A stretch of DNA of 64,000 bases, taken from contig JAAYOD010000027.1 in NCBI GenBank assembly GCA_012520515.1, positions 920 through 64,919 of the forward strand, read 5' to 3'. This DNA comes from Clostridiales bacterium (lineage in GTDB: Bacteria > Bacillota > Clostridia > Christensenellales > DTU072). Under the pieces are notes generated by a model that was not told where the DNA came from, did not search any database, and saw only the letters and a list, made by a program, of their open reading frames with translations. Shown here in pieces: positions 21,401 through 36,400 of this stretch (positions are counted from its first letter, which is position 1; each line of letters begins with the position of its first letter). A program made the position numbers and the translations under genes.

Positions 21401-24400
21401 TTTATAGTAAATTGTCTATTTTCATCTAGCACAAGCTGAATGCCTGTTACATTGTCATTATCATCTCTACCCACTTTTAGATAGCTAAACACAGGGATAT
21501 GATTAATAATTTCAGGCAATGCGCCATTTGTTGTATGATTTAATGAATCAAGTAATGATAGCAACAATGCTCCAGTTATTGCAATGCTCACTTCTTCGCT
21601 AGAGCACATAAACAGTAGCATATTGCTACCAAAAGGCATATCTTTTATGCTTGGATAATTGCTTGCCACCTTTTCTGCATCGCTTTGCGTATTATCTACA
21701 TCGTTTATAGGCGCAGAGAAGCTAGCGTTTTCCACGCTTTCTAAAGGCTCATCATCAAGCTTGCCAAGTATTTCCTTTATAAGTGAGCCAAGGTCTATAT
21801 TAGTTACTGTAATCTTTGGCAATCCAAGCCCGCTTAAATCAACATAGACATCGCCTGTGCTGCTGCTATTTTCAGGACGGCCAATATATGCTAAGTCAAG
21901 AATTCTCTTACCGTCGCCCCACAGTATCTCTAATTCTAGACGGAATCTGCTAAGGTCTGCAAAATCAATATATGTCCTAAGAGCAAAGTCAATTTGGATA
22001 TCAAGCTCTTCTGTGCCCATAATCCTTAATCCTAAATTATCGATAAGGAATGAAGTAATTTGCGTTATATCAATAACGGTATTAAAGTCATCATTTATGT
22101 GCAATGAGCTATTGACTTCGCTAACCCAAATAAATGTATCAAATTGTTGATACCCAGTAAAGAGTGTCTCTTGCTTTTCTCCAAAGAACAGTCTGCTTGG
22201 ACCTAGATTAATATTAACTTTGCCAATGCCTATGCTAAAGTTAAGTTTTGAGGGCACAACTTCATTATCTTGCCCATCTAGTATAGGCGCATCAATAGGA
22301 ATGTTTAGTAGCAATTCATTATTGACAAAGTCAAGTTGCAAGGTAATATTTCCTAGCTGCTCAAAGTCAAGGTTAAACATACCAGATATTATAGCTTGCA
22401 ACAAGCTGCTTGCAAGTTTAATACCAATAGTGCCTTTACCAAAGGTAATGCTATCAAATATAGAGCCCCAGTCAACATTGGCGAAAGACCCTAAGCTTTC
22501 CCCTTCTTCCAGCTCATCGCCGCTTGCATTGTAACTAGCGTTTTGCACAATGTCATACCTTGATTCGCTGTTAATTAGCATAAAGAACATATTGACAAAG
22601 TTAAGGTTAAGGAAGTTGTGTCCAGCTTCAGGGGTTAATACTATCTTGGTGTCATGAGCGTCGCCGCCATTTATATAAATCTTGGGGTCCCACTCACTGC
22701 CGTCGCCTGTCTCATAGTTTATTCTGCCGCCCACAAAGTAGATATTGAATATGTTGACATCATGGCTGTTGTATCCGCTTACCATAAAGTCAAGAGCCGT
22801 AAGCGACAAATCAATATCCACAGCAAAGTCAAGGCGCAGCTTGCCTTTTAGGTCTTTTAAGAAACGTAACTGGAATATGGTAGAGAACTGTTCTTTCTTA
22901 AATAGCGCTGACCAATCTAGTATATGGCGCAGCATATCAGCTTCTAATGTTAAGCTAAACTTAATAGCAAAGCGGTTTGCAATTTCATCAATCTTAAAGA
23001 AATCTCTAAACTCATCTAATGACTCCTTAAGCTCTAGCGCTTGATGCAAAGTATTATATTCTTGTCTATCAAGACTAATTAAGGTATCATGCAGTAAAGT
23101 TAGGTCAAATTCATACCCAGCTTCTCCCTTTGCCGTATCTCCTGTTTTGCTAAGGTTTACATTTAATCCAAAATCTTGGCCATATTCTATACTAATGCCA
23201 GACCTTGTAAGCAGCATGCTTAAGATATCATAATAATCAGCTTGGAAGTCTTGCCCTGACAACAGCGCATTCATAACTTCAACTAACAAGTCAACGGTAA
23301 GAATAAGCGATGTATCTTGCTTTGTCATACGCACAAGCGCCTCTACTGCGTTGCTTAATGGTACATTTTCTGCGCTGTTTTTCAAAAGATACAACTGCTC
23401 AAATGCGTTTAGATCTTCGCGCCCATTGGTATAAGCTTTTATTATGTCGCTATTTATAGCAGCAACTGCTTGGTTTTGCTCTTGGTCTTCTTGACTGGAC
23501 AAATAATCAACACCTAAGTTGGACAACAGTAACTCACCTAAATTAAAGTCACTTATGTTAAGGTTAAGCTTACTATCAAACACTTCGCCTTGCACATATA
23601 TTTGATTGCCATAAATCCACACATGGACAATGATTTGTTTAAATCTTGGTATATGTCCGCTAGTATCATGGTCAATTAGCATATATGTAAGGGTAATGTC
23701 GCCAATTATGCTGTTATTTATCTTATTTATGTCTTGACTAAACAAGTCTTTAAAGTTTATACCAAGCGCGCCTGATATAGTAACTTGCAAGGTGTGCGAC
23801 TCTAAGAACGCAACATCTAAGTCAACTGTCAAGTCTTCCATATTAATTAGACTGCCAAAGTTAATTGCATTGAGCACATCTTGCATATTTAAGCTACCTT
23901 TTAACAGCAGGTTACTTAAAGTAGCATTTATATTAACTCTTAGCGTCAAATCGCTATACTCTGTATAAGTTTCTTTTTCTTGGTCATCGATAAGGTCTTT
24001 AATTGTAGAAGTTGGCTTACCGTTTTCATCAATGTAGGTAGATTTTACATCAACTTTTACCGAAGTGCTTAAGTTGCCGTCAACTTCGCCAAGTATCTTT
24101 ATCCCTAAGCGAACATTGGCTTGGTCAAACCTTTTTTCTTCCGCCTTTAAGTAAACATCGTTAAATGTAGATACCACTATGATAGAGTTTGAAATAAGCG
24201 ACTCTAATTCAGAACTGCCCATAAAGTTTACAACGCCCATAAAGCTGCCTGGGAAGCTTACTGCTTTTAAGTATTGACTGCTTAAACTCATAGCTTCTCT
24301 AAGTTCAGTCAAGTTGTTTGCATTATTAATTTTTTCTATAAGGGTAAGGTCGCTAACAATCTTGTTAAATTCCTCCATGTCCTTATAGTCTCCAAGCGTC

Positions 24401-27400
24401 TTTTCAACAATTTCCCTTGTCAGCAAGTTGCGCTCTAGGAATATAGAGCCTAAATATGCGTCGGCTTTACTTAACGCGCTTGATAAAAGCATATTAATAG
24501 CTGCTCCGCTTTCTCTTATGTTTTGGATAAGAGTGGGCAGATATAATGCTTCTAAGATAACATCGCCTTTATTTTCCATTTGAGCGTCGTTCACAATATG
24601 TACTAATGACGGCGACAATGAAGCAAGTTGAATTATTTCGTTATATAGCTCTGAAAATGCCTTTGCAAATCCAGAGTATTTTATCTCTTCATATTTTGCT
24701 AGCGCCAATTGATAATTAGTTAAGTCGCTGGCTGTTGCCATAATTGCCTCTACCACACCAGGCAAATACAAGGCTTTATCTTCCACAGATAATTGCCAAG
24801 AAGACTCTAGCGCAATAAATATTGCTAAGACACTGGGCTCAGACATAGCTACATCGCGCAACTCATTATAGATGTCAGCAAGTTCGCGCGCAGCTGTTAC
24901 ATTTCTATATATCATACTTTGATAGCTAATGTTAGCGTTTGACTCATAAATATCAGCATAGTTATCTATTAAGCTGTCAAAGTGACCTTCTATGCTTTGA
25001 GCTAGCCTAAACATATTTGCATAAGACTCTTTTCCTGTAGCTGCAATGCCCTCTGCAATAAGCGTTAGGTTGTCGATGATATCTTTAATTTGCTCAAAGT
25101 ACTTAGCGCCATTTGAAACAAGCGTTTCTATGCCTATTTCAGCTATAACATTGTTATATGCTGCCAAGTTTTCTACGCATTTTTCATAATAAAGCTCTAC
25201 AAAGTCAGTCCATAAAGTGTTGAGATCAGCGCCTAGCGTATAATTGCCCACAAAGCAATCTAAGCTAAGTATGCAGGCTGCCTTAAACCTTGCTTGATTG
25301 TTCCAATTTGCATAAGCCCCACAAGCATTTATAAGCCTTACTGCTATGTTGTAATACTGGCTGTCTACTGAATTTAATGGAATATTTCCTGCCCCAAATG
25401 AAGTTATAATAGCTACAATGCTATCTATATTGGTGGCAGCTACTGCATTTAACTCACTTAATAGTTGCCCCTCTGTATAAGATAGCAAGCTTGCATGAAG
25501 AGTTGCAGACATAAGCTCCATAAATTCTGTTACAAATATGCTAGCTGCGTTATTTAAGCTAACGCTGTTAAGAACTGAGTTTACTTTTTGATAGTTTTCT
25601 AGCAAGATATACTTATCAAGCTCAATGCTCAAAGCTCTATATTGTGCACTATTTTGATTACATTTTGCCACATAGCTTTCCACAAATGCATTAACTAAGT
25701 TATCTATACTAGTTGTCAAGATATAATCGCCTGCAAACAGTTGTTTTGCCACCATAAACGCTGTATCTATCTTGACAGCGTCTGTCATACTTTCTATATC
25801 TCCATAATTTTGGACAATATGCTCAATGGCAAGATATAAGTCAATATCTTCAGTTAATAATACAAATTCTTGTGCATCTAGCGCGCTATTAACAATATTA
25901 TATAGCTCAAATATTTTTGCGCTGCTCAATTGCTTAATTTGGTAGCTATATGTATCTATGCTTGCGTTGATAACTTCTTGATAGGCTTGCAAGCGTTGCA
26001 CTAACGCTTCAGCAAGGACAGAATCTAAGCTTGTCACAAAGGATATAGCATCTTGATTTAGTATAGAACTATCTATAAGCTTTGTTACTTTGTCATAAAC
26101 ACTTAAAAGAGTGATTGCTTCAGCTCTAGTATAGCTATTAGAAATCGCCATAATCTCTGCTATACCGTCAGAGTTTAGCTTCTCTTTTTCACTATAACTA
26201 TTCATAGCAAATGCTCTATCGTAAACTTTCCAAGTTGCATAGCTTTGGCCATTTACGCTAGACATAGCCGTTGACAATTGATTTTGATATCTATCTTTAT
26301 AATCTATTATCTCATCAAATAGCTGTGCTGATTGTTGTCTAAATGCCTCATCAAAGCCAAGTATTGACCAAGCGTTTACCAAACTATATGAGCCAAGCGC
26401 AGATATAAGGTGGGACATATCTGTGTCAATATTGGTTGCGATATCCCCTACTATTATTTGATTTAGCGTAAGCTTGCCTAAGTCAACTAGCTGTTTATTG
26501 CTAAGTTTTCCTACCATATTTAGATAGGTGCTTAAGAAGTTGGATTTTTCCACAAAACCGCATGAAGAAATAATATAAGAGCGGATATCTTGCGCATCTG
26601 GCGCATTTAGTATCTCATCTACTATATCAAGCTTATCTTTTGTGTGTTGCCAATCAGAGCCAAAACTAGTTTTATAATACTCTTCCATATCGCTTAGATA
26701 TGTCTGCAAAATATCTACAGTAAGCAAACTTCTATCGGTAAATAGCGCCGCATATACACTTTGATACTCATCTATATAGTTAGATAATTGAACAGTAATA
26801 TCAAGTCCTGTGTTTCTTATTTTTTCAATAAGAGCGGCCGTCCTTTGACCTTGGCTTATTTGCTCATTATATTCCACTTCAGTAATAAGCCCTATTAAAG
26901 AAGGATTATTATTATAGATTTCTGATTTTATGTTGTTATATATTGCGTCAAAAGCATTTGCAAAGTTTGCGCTTCTTAAATATAGCGAATCAAAGTTTAC
27001 TTCATTATATCTTCTAAATATAACAGTATATCCATCAATTATGCTGCCAAAGCTATAACCATTTAATTTTGATGTAAATAAGAATTCATACATCTTTTGA
27101 CTATTGGTTGCGCCATGCGCTTGGGCATAACTTACAGCCTCAACAAGCTCTGCATTTATGTTATAGATATTGTCAAAATAAGCGGCAAACAATGAGCAAA
27201 GGTCTAATTCAAATTGGTCCATAACTAAGTTATAATTGTTGTTTGCAATGTTATACAAGCTTTGCACAAAGTCTTCAAACCTTGTTGCCAAAACGCCGCT
27301 TACAAAATTATATGTGCCATGGTATAGCTTAACCAACAGGTATTCTGCTATTTGCAGCTTAGCGCTTTGCGGCAATACTTCTAAGTTGTATGAAATAATC

Positions 27401-30400
27401 TCTATATGGTCAGCGATAAGGGTATCAACAAAATTATATAAAGCAAGGTCAGCGCTTGCAATTACAATTTCTCCATTTTCTACAGCTTGAGAGATAAGCA
27501 TTGCAAAGTCAAATAGTGATTTTGCGCTTGGGGTAGGATTTTGCTCTATGCCATAAAGTATGCTTTCTGGATTTTGCGCAGCTTCTATAAAGGATAAATA
27601 GTTGCTTATCCTTGCATAAAGCTCATTATATAACGCTATTAAGTATTCATCATAGAAACTTACGCTTGCGCTTATAGCTTGCGCCCCTAGAGCTAACACT
27701 AGGTCAAAGTTTTCCGCTATAAAGTTCTTTATCTCTCTTTGATAGATGGCTATATAATTGGTTATTTCTGCTATTAAACTTTGTGGATTTTGACTAGCTA
27801 CATTTATTATGTCTCTAAATGCTATTGCTTTTTCTATTATAGTCCACTGGCTATAAGCTTGACCAGATATATTAGACATAACAGCGCTAAGTTGACTATC
27901 TAAATAGTTTTTCTTAGCTACAATGTCAAGATAATACGCGCTGCTTTCTGCCTGCAAGCCTTGGTCATACCTTAATATATCTTGCACATTTTCTAGAGAA
28001 TATGCGCCAAGCTGAGCAAAAATTGCATTTAGTTCTGTATCTATTTCATTGGTGTATGCCTTTATCATTATGTCATTTAGCACCACCAAGTAATTATCGC
28101 TAGAATATAGTCTTTCAAATACTATTGAGTTAATAATGTCATTTAACTGCTTAACAGCCTGTTGTGTGGACTGATAAAAATATGCGTTGTCCCAAGCAAT
28201 TCTCTTAGCATGGTTTTTATCGCGCAAACGGTAAAGTAGCTGCGTTATGCGTCCCACTTCCGCCGCCGTTTCTGCTTCATTAAGCGTACTATGGGTATAA
28301 AGCTCATCAACCATTCTAGCTTGCCAAACTTCTATGCTTAAGTTTTGGAACTGACTTGCCAAGAATTCTCTAATAATTTGCAAGCAGTACTCAACCAATT
28401 CATCTTGTCCTTGACTTTGCAATCTATCTAAAAGTAAGTTAAGCTTAATTGCCGCCAAGCTATATTTTTCAGGTGCTATTTGACCTGCTAATTCGCCATC
28501 TAAGAAATTATTTACCCAAACTACATGCTCATTGTTTTCACCAATACGGCTTAGTATTTCATAGTAAGCAAGGTATAGGTGCACTTTAGGTAACTGCTCT
28601 ATATCAATTATGTCAACGCTGCCTTTAAACCTTATAGCGTTTTGCTCTATGCTATCTAGTTGCAACAATAGTCTTAAGCTTTGATTAACTTGACTTAGTG
28701 TAGCAGTATAGACATCTTTTTCTGTGTCTAACAAGTAGCTATACATATTGTAGATATAGTTTATATTGGCTAAAAGCTTTTGATTGTCTTCTTGGCTTAT
28801 TCCTTTATAATCCGACATAAACTCTAAGTATGCGCTTGCGCTAAGGTTGGTAAAGTCTTTATTTGCTATAGCTACTAGCCTTTCCATTAAACTTTGCTGA
28901 AGCACAATATTGTGCTCATCAAAAATCTTTATAAGCCTTGCAAAAGTTCTAACAGCTTTATAAATATCTACTAAGTATCCGTCTTCTCCATAACCATAGT
29001 CATTGCAAATATTAACAAAGTACGCATAGTTTTGAGTAACAAGATTATCTGTATAAGCCTTTGCTTGTTCAAAGTAAGTTACATACTCTTGTCCTCCGCT
29101 TACGCTAAGTTCTGCATAAGCTAAGTATAGCGGCAGCAAGTTATTTATAGTAATTGTATAGCCTTTTTGCTCAAAATACTTCTTTATATTGTATTCAAAG
29201 CTATTTTGAGAGCCTTGTAAATTGTTACTGTTTTCAAAGGGGCTATCGCCACCTTCGCCATTTAGGTTAATATCGGTATGAATAATTGACGCAAGTTCAT
29301 ACTCAACTAGTCTATTCCAGCTAGTTTCTTTTATGGAGTATGCGCCTGTCTTGTAACTTGCAAGCAGTTCATTTAGTTCTTGACTATCAACTATATACTC
29401 TTGCAAGCTTGCGCTCCATGTACCATTTACGCGCGCTACAAAACGGCTTGCGCAAGTTGCGCTATCCGACTGATTTACAATAAGGTCAGCAAACTGATTT
29501 GATATCTTTGATAGCTCACTTTGTCCAAGTTTTCTAGCTATCCTTGCCCTTATATCCTTTACAATTTCACTTGGAGTAGAAGCGTTAGCTACATCTTGAT
29601 AAATATCAGTAACAGTAATATACAAGTTATCCCTTTCAAAGATAAGGTCATAAGCTATTGCAGTTTCTTTATACTGATTAAGCATTATGCTATTGGCAAG
29701 GTTATACTCTTGTATGCCTTCCACCGTCTTTATTAACACATCATACATTTCGTCGCTGGTTAAATAATTCTCTCCCACAGTGACATCATAATCAGCGCCA
29801 TAGTAAGCAAGCATAGATTGATAATAAATTATGTACTTAAGGATATGGACATTATCTTCAAGCAAACCTGTTTCCATCAAGGAAGCAAACTCAGCTAAAT
29901 ATTCTTTAAACTTATCAAAAGCATATGCCTTTATTACATGAGCAGAATGATTTGTGCCATACCTTGCTTGAGCGTACTGTAATGCATTTAGCATCAAGGC
30001 CTTTTCATAAGTGTATGCCGTTTCGTAATAAGCATCCCACGCGTAAGCTTTCTGATACCTATACATTTCTTCATACAAGCCAGTATAGATATATTCGCCA
30101 GCGGCTGACTGGTAAATATGTCTTTCCAAATAGGTTAGCCAAGCATTTTGACGAATAAAGATACTGCTTACAAGGTTAATAATTAGTTCAATATAAGCAG
30201 TGCCTTGGTCTGGGGCAATATCAAACAATTTATCAATGTCTTTTTTGTTTGCGTTTTCATTGTAATAAATGGCAAGAGCTTCTCTTTGTGTTCTAGTTAG
30301 CGCTGGACTTGCAACAAACATATTATAAGCAAGCGTTTTGTTGCCATTTTGTTCTTGTAGCATAGTATTCATAACATTTACCATTGCCATGTCGTCATTT

Positions 30401-33400
30401 GCTACAAGGTATTGGTAGTATTGATTCCAAGCAAGTTGTTTTAAATGGTCGTTATAATAAGCTATAAGTTTGGGAGCAAGAACACTCTCTTCTCTTTCAA
30501 AACTCAATGAAAACATGGTGGAGGTAGCGTCTGAAATATCCTTATAAGCTAGAATAACTATATAGTTAAACACAAGCGCCTTTATGTCGCCAAGCGTTAG
30601 CTTATCATGCCTTGAGCTAAACGCTCCTATAAATTCTTGACATATATCAGCTGCGTCAGTTCTACCCTTTAACCAATTATTTACATACTCTATCTTTTCT
30701 TCATTGCTTATGCTGTAAAGCTTATAAAGGTCGTTATCTTTTAATATTTCTTTCCAATCATCATTGTCATACTCTACCCAGATATCATCCATTAGATAAT
30801 CGGACTTTGTCTTGTTAAGAATTTCAGTAAATGCAATATATTCGCTATCATTATAAACAGCGCTAGGCAATCCTATATCAATATATATAGTGGCAGAGTT
30901 AGTTACTCCAACAGTTAATTCCGGCATTGTTATGCCTTTTACATAGTCGCTTAAATATATTTTGTTATTGTCAGCGTCACGAAGGTCAAGTAAAGCGTCA
31001 GCAATAGTAATTAATACATTATCAACTAATTCTACCATTACGCCGTTTATCACATCGATTACCAATCTTGCCGTAGCCACAACAGCATCTAAGTCGTCAT
31101 AAACTGATGATCTGTTTTGCGGATTCATTAGTCCTTGATAATCGTTCATATCTTCAATAAAGGCAAGATTGCTCTCATCGCCGCTTGAAGTAAGGATTTC
31201 TATAATATCCATTATGTTGCTAAGCTTGACTTTACCTAAGAAGAAGTTACCGCTGCTTATGCCTGATGTGTCTATATATACATCGCCCCGTATATATGTT
31301 AGCAAAATAAGAGCATTGGTCTTATTTACGCTATCGGCATAATTTCTGTACAAGCCTATTTGCGCTTGCAATTCATCTAAAATAGCGTTGATGTTTACAG
31401 TAAGACTAACACCTAAATATAGCGAACTATCAAGATCTTCAACAAGTTCTAAAACAGGCGCTAAATCTCTTTCAAAACCTAATGTAGAATTTGCAAGCAG
31501 CATCTTTAGCAACTGTCCAAAAGTATAAACTCCGCTATCTGCTGTCAAGCTTAAAGCAAGGTGCGTTGTCACATAAAGAGTGTCCACAACGCCTATCTTT
31601 TTATATTCTTCTGTGCCAGATACCGCAAGGTCAGCTTTTGTAAAGCCCACCAATATACCATCTAAACATACGCCAATACCTAGTATTTCATTTAAGTCCA
31701 CATTGCCATTTGGGTCTACGACGCCAGGTTGCATACTATTGGTGCCAACGCCAATTTGCAATCCCACTCTTAAGCTATTGCCAAAGTCATTTTCACCTTT
31801 TTCTTTGCCAATTATATAAAGCTGTACAGCCGCTTCGTCAAACATATCAAAACCGCTTAATCCAAGAATTTGCATCAAAGACACAATAGCGGCTTTTCTT
31901 ACGATAAGGAATAACCCAGACGATGTAATATCAATGCTAGCGCCAATTTTAGCACTATTTCCAAAGGCATTCTTAAGGTCCAAAATAGCTGCGTTTAGCG
32001 CGCTGTTTTGAGCGCTGCTGCCAAATATCTTTTCTCCAACTTTTTCTATATATATCTTATCTCCGCCAAGATTGGAAAGGTCAATATATAAATTCTGTTC
32101 ATAATATGTTATGGTGGCGTAAACTCTATTTGAATTAATGACAATGCCATTTGCGTCACGATAAACCCTTAGCTGAATTTGTATTTCGCTATTATCTATA
32201 AGGTTTTGCAAATAATCTGTATTCGTGCCATCGCCAAAGTCTAAATTTGCTTTAATATCTACAGCTATAGTCATCTTGGTATTGCCCTTTATAAGTAGTG
32301 CAATATCAAGTATGGTGTAAAGCAATAAATAATCATCTCCATCGCCCTGTTTAAGCTTAAGTAGCGACTTCAACGGCTCTAGCTCATCTAATGGCACGCT
32401 TCCTGCGCCTTCTGTTGAATACTCATTTGCGTCAAGGTCCAACAAAATTGTAGTTTCAATACGAACAGGCGGTAACTGCTCTCTCATGCGTGCAAATCCA
32501 ACAGGGTCGCCATTTGCGTCCCATTCTAAATCCCTTTGCTCATCAAAGGAAATTTGCGCGTCTTGGTCTAAGCTTAAAGTGACATTATTAAGCGCAACCC
32601 CCAGCCTTATATACTGGCTTTGCACAGCTTGCCCGCTTTCAGTTATGCTAAACAGCTCTAAATTAAATTCAAACAAGTCTTGGCCAAAAACATTAATCTC
32701 AATGCCAGGTTCGCCAATTTTACTTATCATGCTCCTTACATCGCCCATGCCTAAGAAGGATAGTAGCGAATAAATGGCGTTTGCGCCTATTTGCACTACA
32801 AAACCAGAGTCTTTTATCAATAAATCAATGCTTGGGTGTTGACTGCCTGCAGCGTTTTGCGCACCGCTATTTATATCTTGCTCTAAGTAAGCTTTAGACA
32901 TTGCCGCAACCACAAAGCGCGACAAAGAGCCTTCTTCATTATAATCAATGCCAACTGGATAGGGAGAATTGCGCAGTAAAGACCTTACATAATCAATAGC
33001 ATCTACAATATAAAGTTTTTGAATGTTAAAGCTTTCAGCGTCTACATAAACAAAGCTGCCTTCGTCATGAGTGCCATAAATTATTTGCAGCAGCTGTTTA
33101 TACTCGCCATTATCTTCAAGCTTAAATAAGGTTATTGACGCATCGCTGCCATTAATAATATCAAATAGATTAATTTTTGCTTCCAGCCTTATGCGGAATT
33201 CACCTTTAATGCCGTCTAATACTTGAAGCACAGGAGCAAGGCTAATCGTGTTATGATTAAACTCTATTCCGCCAAGCATACTAGCTATAAGGTCGCTAAA
33301 GTCATACTTTGCGTTTTCCGCCATATCCCAGCTAAAGTCAATATCCATTGACGCATATATATAGGTAAAGGTCTCATCGATTTCCACAAAACCTAAGCTG

Positions 33401-36400
33401 TCTAAGTACTCACTATCAATAACTTGCATTACTTCAGTTTCACTAATTTCGCCAAACTCATTTTCTTCAATCTTTTTGACGCGCTTAGTAAGGTCATTAT
33501 CATTAATATTTAGACCTGCAGTAATAAAGTTAATTCCAATATTTAGGTTGGCAACTTCGCCTTCCACGCCTATTAGCGAATTGTTATAAAGTATATTGAG
33601 CTGAATTTGACCATAGTCACCAGCCGCTGTTATAATGTTTTCCGCCGTTTTATCAGCAGAATCAACATACAAAGCATCTAGATAGGATAGCTGATTTTGA
33701 TAAACATTATTTTTATATTCTTTTTCATTATTAATTTGGATTGCCGCCATTTTTATCATTTCAATGGTGACGCCATTAATTTCTTTAGTCTCTGTTGCAG
33801 GCACAGCAGCAATTATTTTGCCGTTAGAATCATACTCATAATTAAATATATATTGATAGATATATCCATCCGCGCCAGAAAGCACTCTTTGTACATCTTG
33901 ATAATAATACTTCCATGCCGTATACAAGTACTCTGTCTTTGTAATTGACCTTCTTGCGTTAGCTACATCAGTTAGCATAGTAACAAGATAATAATCGGTA
34001 TGCATATTGTACTTTGACAATCTTTCCAAAATATCTGCTCGCGATAAATCGTCGTCAGATTTAGGCGGAGTTGGCTCTGGCATAGTGCCGCTATCTTCGG
34101 TATCGTCTACTATTATTAGCTTTCTGTCATCACTTGCGCATAGTGTATCCAATATAATATCCCATACCGTAGCTTTCCAAATAAGACTTTGTGTATGGTT
34201 ATATTCTTCATATAATCCATCATTAATAATAAATGCGCCCGCCGACAACTGATAATCGCTATCTTGCTCTACCATAATGGCATTTACTGCTGTCATAGCA
34301 TCAATTATTGTAGAATAGACACTGCTTATTGTCTGCTTAATATCTTGCCATGCTCTTTGCTTGCCAATAATATCGTTGTTATTATTACTTGCTTTATGTA
34401 TGGTATACAAGCTTACATATAGCTTTGCATCCTCGCTATTCCAGGTATTTTTGCCTGTGAAATAGTCATATGCAAACATATCTTCTTCTTGCTGGCGCTG
34501 CGCTTGACTAATCTCTCCCCTTGCCAGTCTCTCATCAGCATAGGCCCTTGCTTTTTCTACAGCTTCATTCATAGCGTTTAGCTTTGCTCTAGCTTCTCTA
34601 ACCAAATTCTCTAAAGAAATACCTTTTACAAAGTACGCTGTATATTCTCTTGCGTAAGCTAGCACTTCATTTTCTAAATCTAAACCTAGCAGCTGTTCAG
34701 CTCTTTCAGCTTGCGCATGGAGATTTTCATAATACTTATTCCACGCCCTTGTTCTAATATTTACAGTAGTTATTGGCGCAGGCTCTGACGGTGGCGTCTT
34801 TTCTTGCGCCGTTATAGTTTCAGGATACAGGTCAACATCGTTTTCTAACAGCTTGTTATATGCGTTTAGAAGTTTGTTATACTCAGATAAATATTGATTA
34901 TAGGTTTCTATGTCTACCATTGCATTGGACAAATGTCCTACCATATTATTGTATACGGTAAGAATGCCATCAACTTCCACTGTCTCATCTTTTTTGGTAT
35001 CGGGATTGTATCTTACATAGGCATAGCCGTCTTCATAGATATCTTGCAAAACTTCTTGCGCTGTCGCGTATGTATTTTGCGCTTCTATCCTTTCAGCTTC
35101 ACCAAATATTTCACCAACTAAGTACGACCAAGCGTCCGCCTTTGATAAGTCATACAAAACAAGTGCTTCATCCATTGTTTGGATTTTGCTATAAATGGCG
35201 TTTATGTCTGCTACTTGGTCCTCTCTAATAATGTTTTCTATAAGCGCCCTAAAGCTTCTAACGCTCCTTGATTTTTCGTCGTTAAATGCTTCATTTAATA
35301 TCTTTATAAGAACATTTGCCGCCGCCGTGACAGTAAAGCCATAAGAGTTGCCTATAACGCCTTTAATATAATCAGTAAAGGCTACCGCCCCGTCAGGCAG
35401 CCCAGCTGCGTTTCTTATATCATTTTCAAAAGAACCTTGACCGCCGTTTATGTCGCTTGCGTTATAATATTCATAAGTCTTTGTCTTATCAATATTTTCT
35501 TCCACTTGATTGCGCATTTTAATAACGGCAAGAACTTCGCCTAGTGTTCCCTCAAAGTTATATTTAGTAACTTCCTCTTCTTCATCTGAAGAATCATCGT
35601 CTTTGGTAAACAAATCCGATATCCTATTTGTAAGCGCCGTTGCGGTGTTTTGAATGTCCGAAATCTTTACTCTGCCCATATTGAGCGCATTTAGGTCAAG
35701 GTAGAGATTTAGCGTATCTCCTTGCGGAATAAGGTATATGCCAATGATTAGTTTTTCTTCTTCGGATTCATCTAAGCGGAACTTGCCCGTTATCTCTAAA
35801 TAAGCTTCTACTCCCAAAGCCGCTAAGTTTATGCTAGGCTTAGCAGTCTGAGTTTTTTGAGCTTCGCTTAATTTATCGTACTCTTTCATTTCCTCTAAGT
35901 ACATTTTTATCTGGGAATAAAGCTTTACTATGTTTATCTTAGCTTCCAATCGGAAATTTAAATTAAGCGCAACAGAATTTATGGTCTTTAAAATAACATC
36001 TAAAGCAAAACTTTCATCGCCAAGCAAGCCCCTTAACAGCTCACCAAAGTTAATTGTGGATAAATGCCCTAAATTATCTCCCAAATCTTCAGGGTCTAAA
36101 GCGCCTAAGTCTAGTTCACCTTCCATAAATATCTTAATGTCAGCGTCCCAGTTTTCATCAATAGTTGTGTACTTTCTTTTTTCAATAGCCTGAGAAATGG
36201 AATTAGTTAAATTTATTTTGGGATAATTAATAGCTGCTTTTAAACTAAACAAGTCTTCTAAAATAATGTTTAGGTTTAGTATCTCTTGATTATTTAATAG
36301 CTCAAGCTCAATACTAGGCGTATATGCGCCAAAATACCTTTCTAGGTCAAGGCCCATAGCTTGCAAGAGCCCAAATATTGCAGCGCCAGTAACCTTTAAC

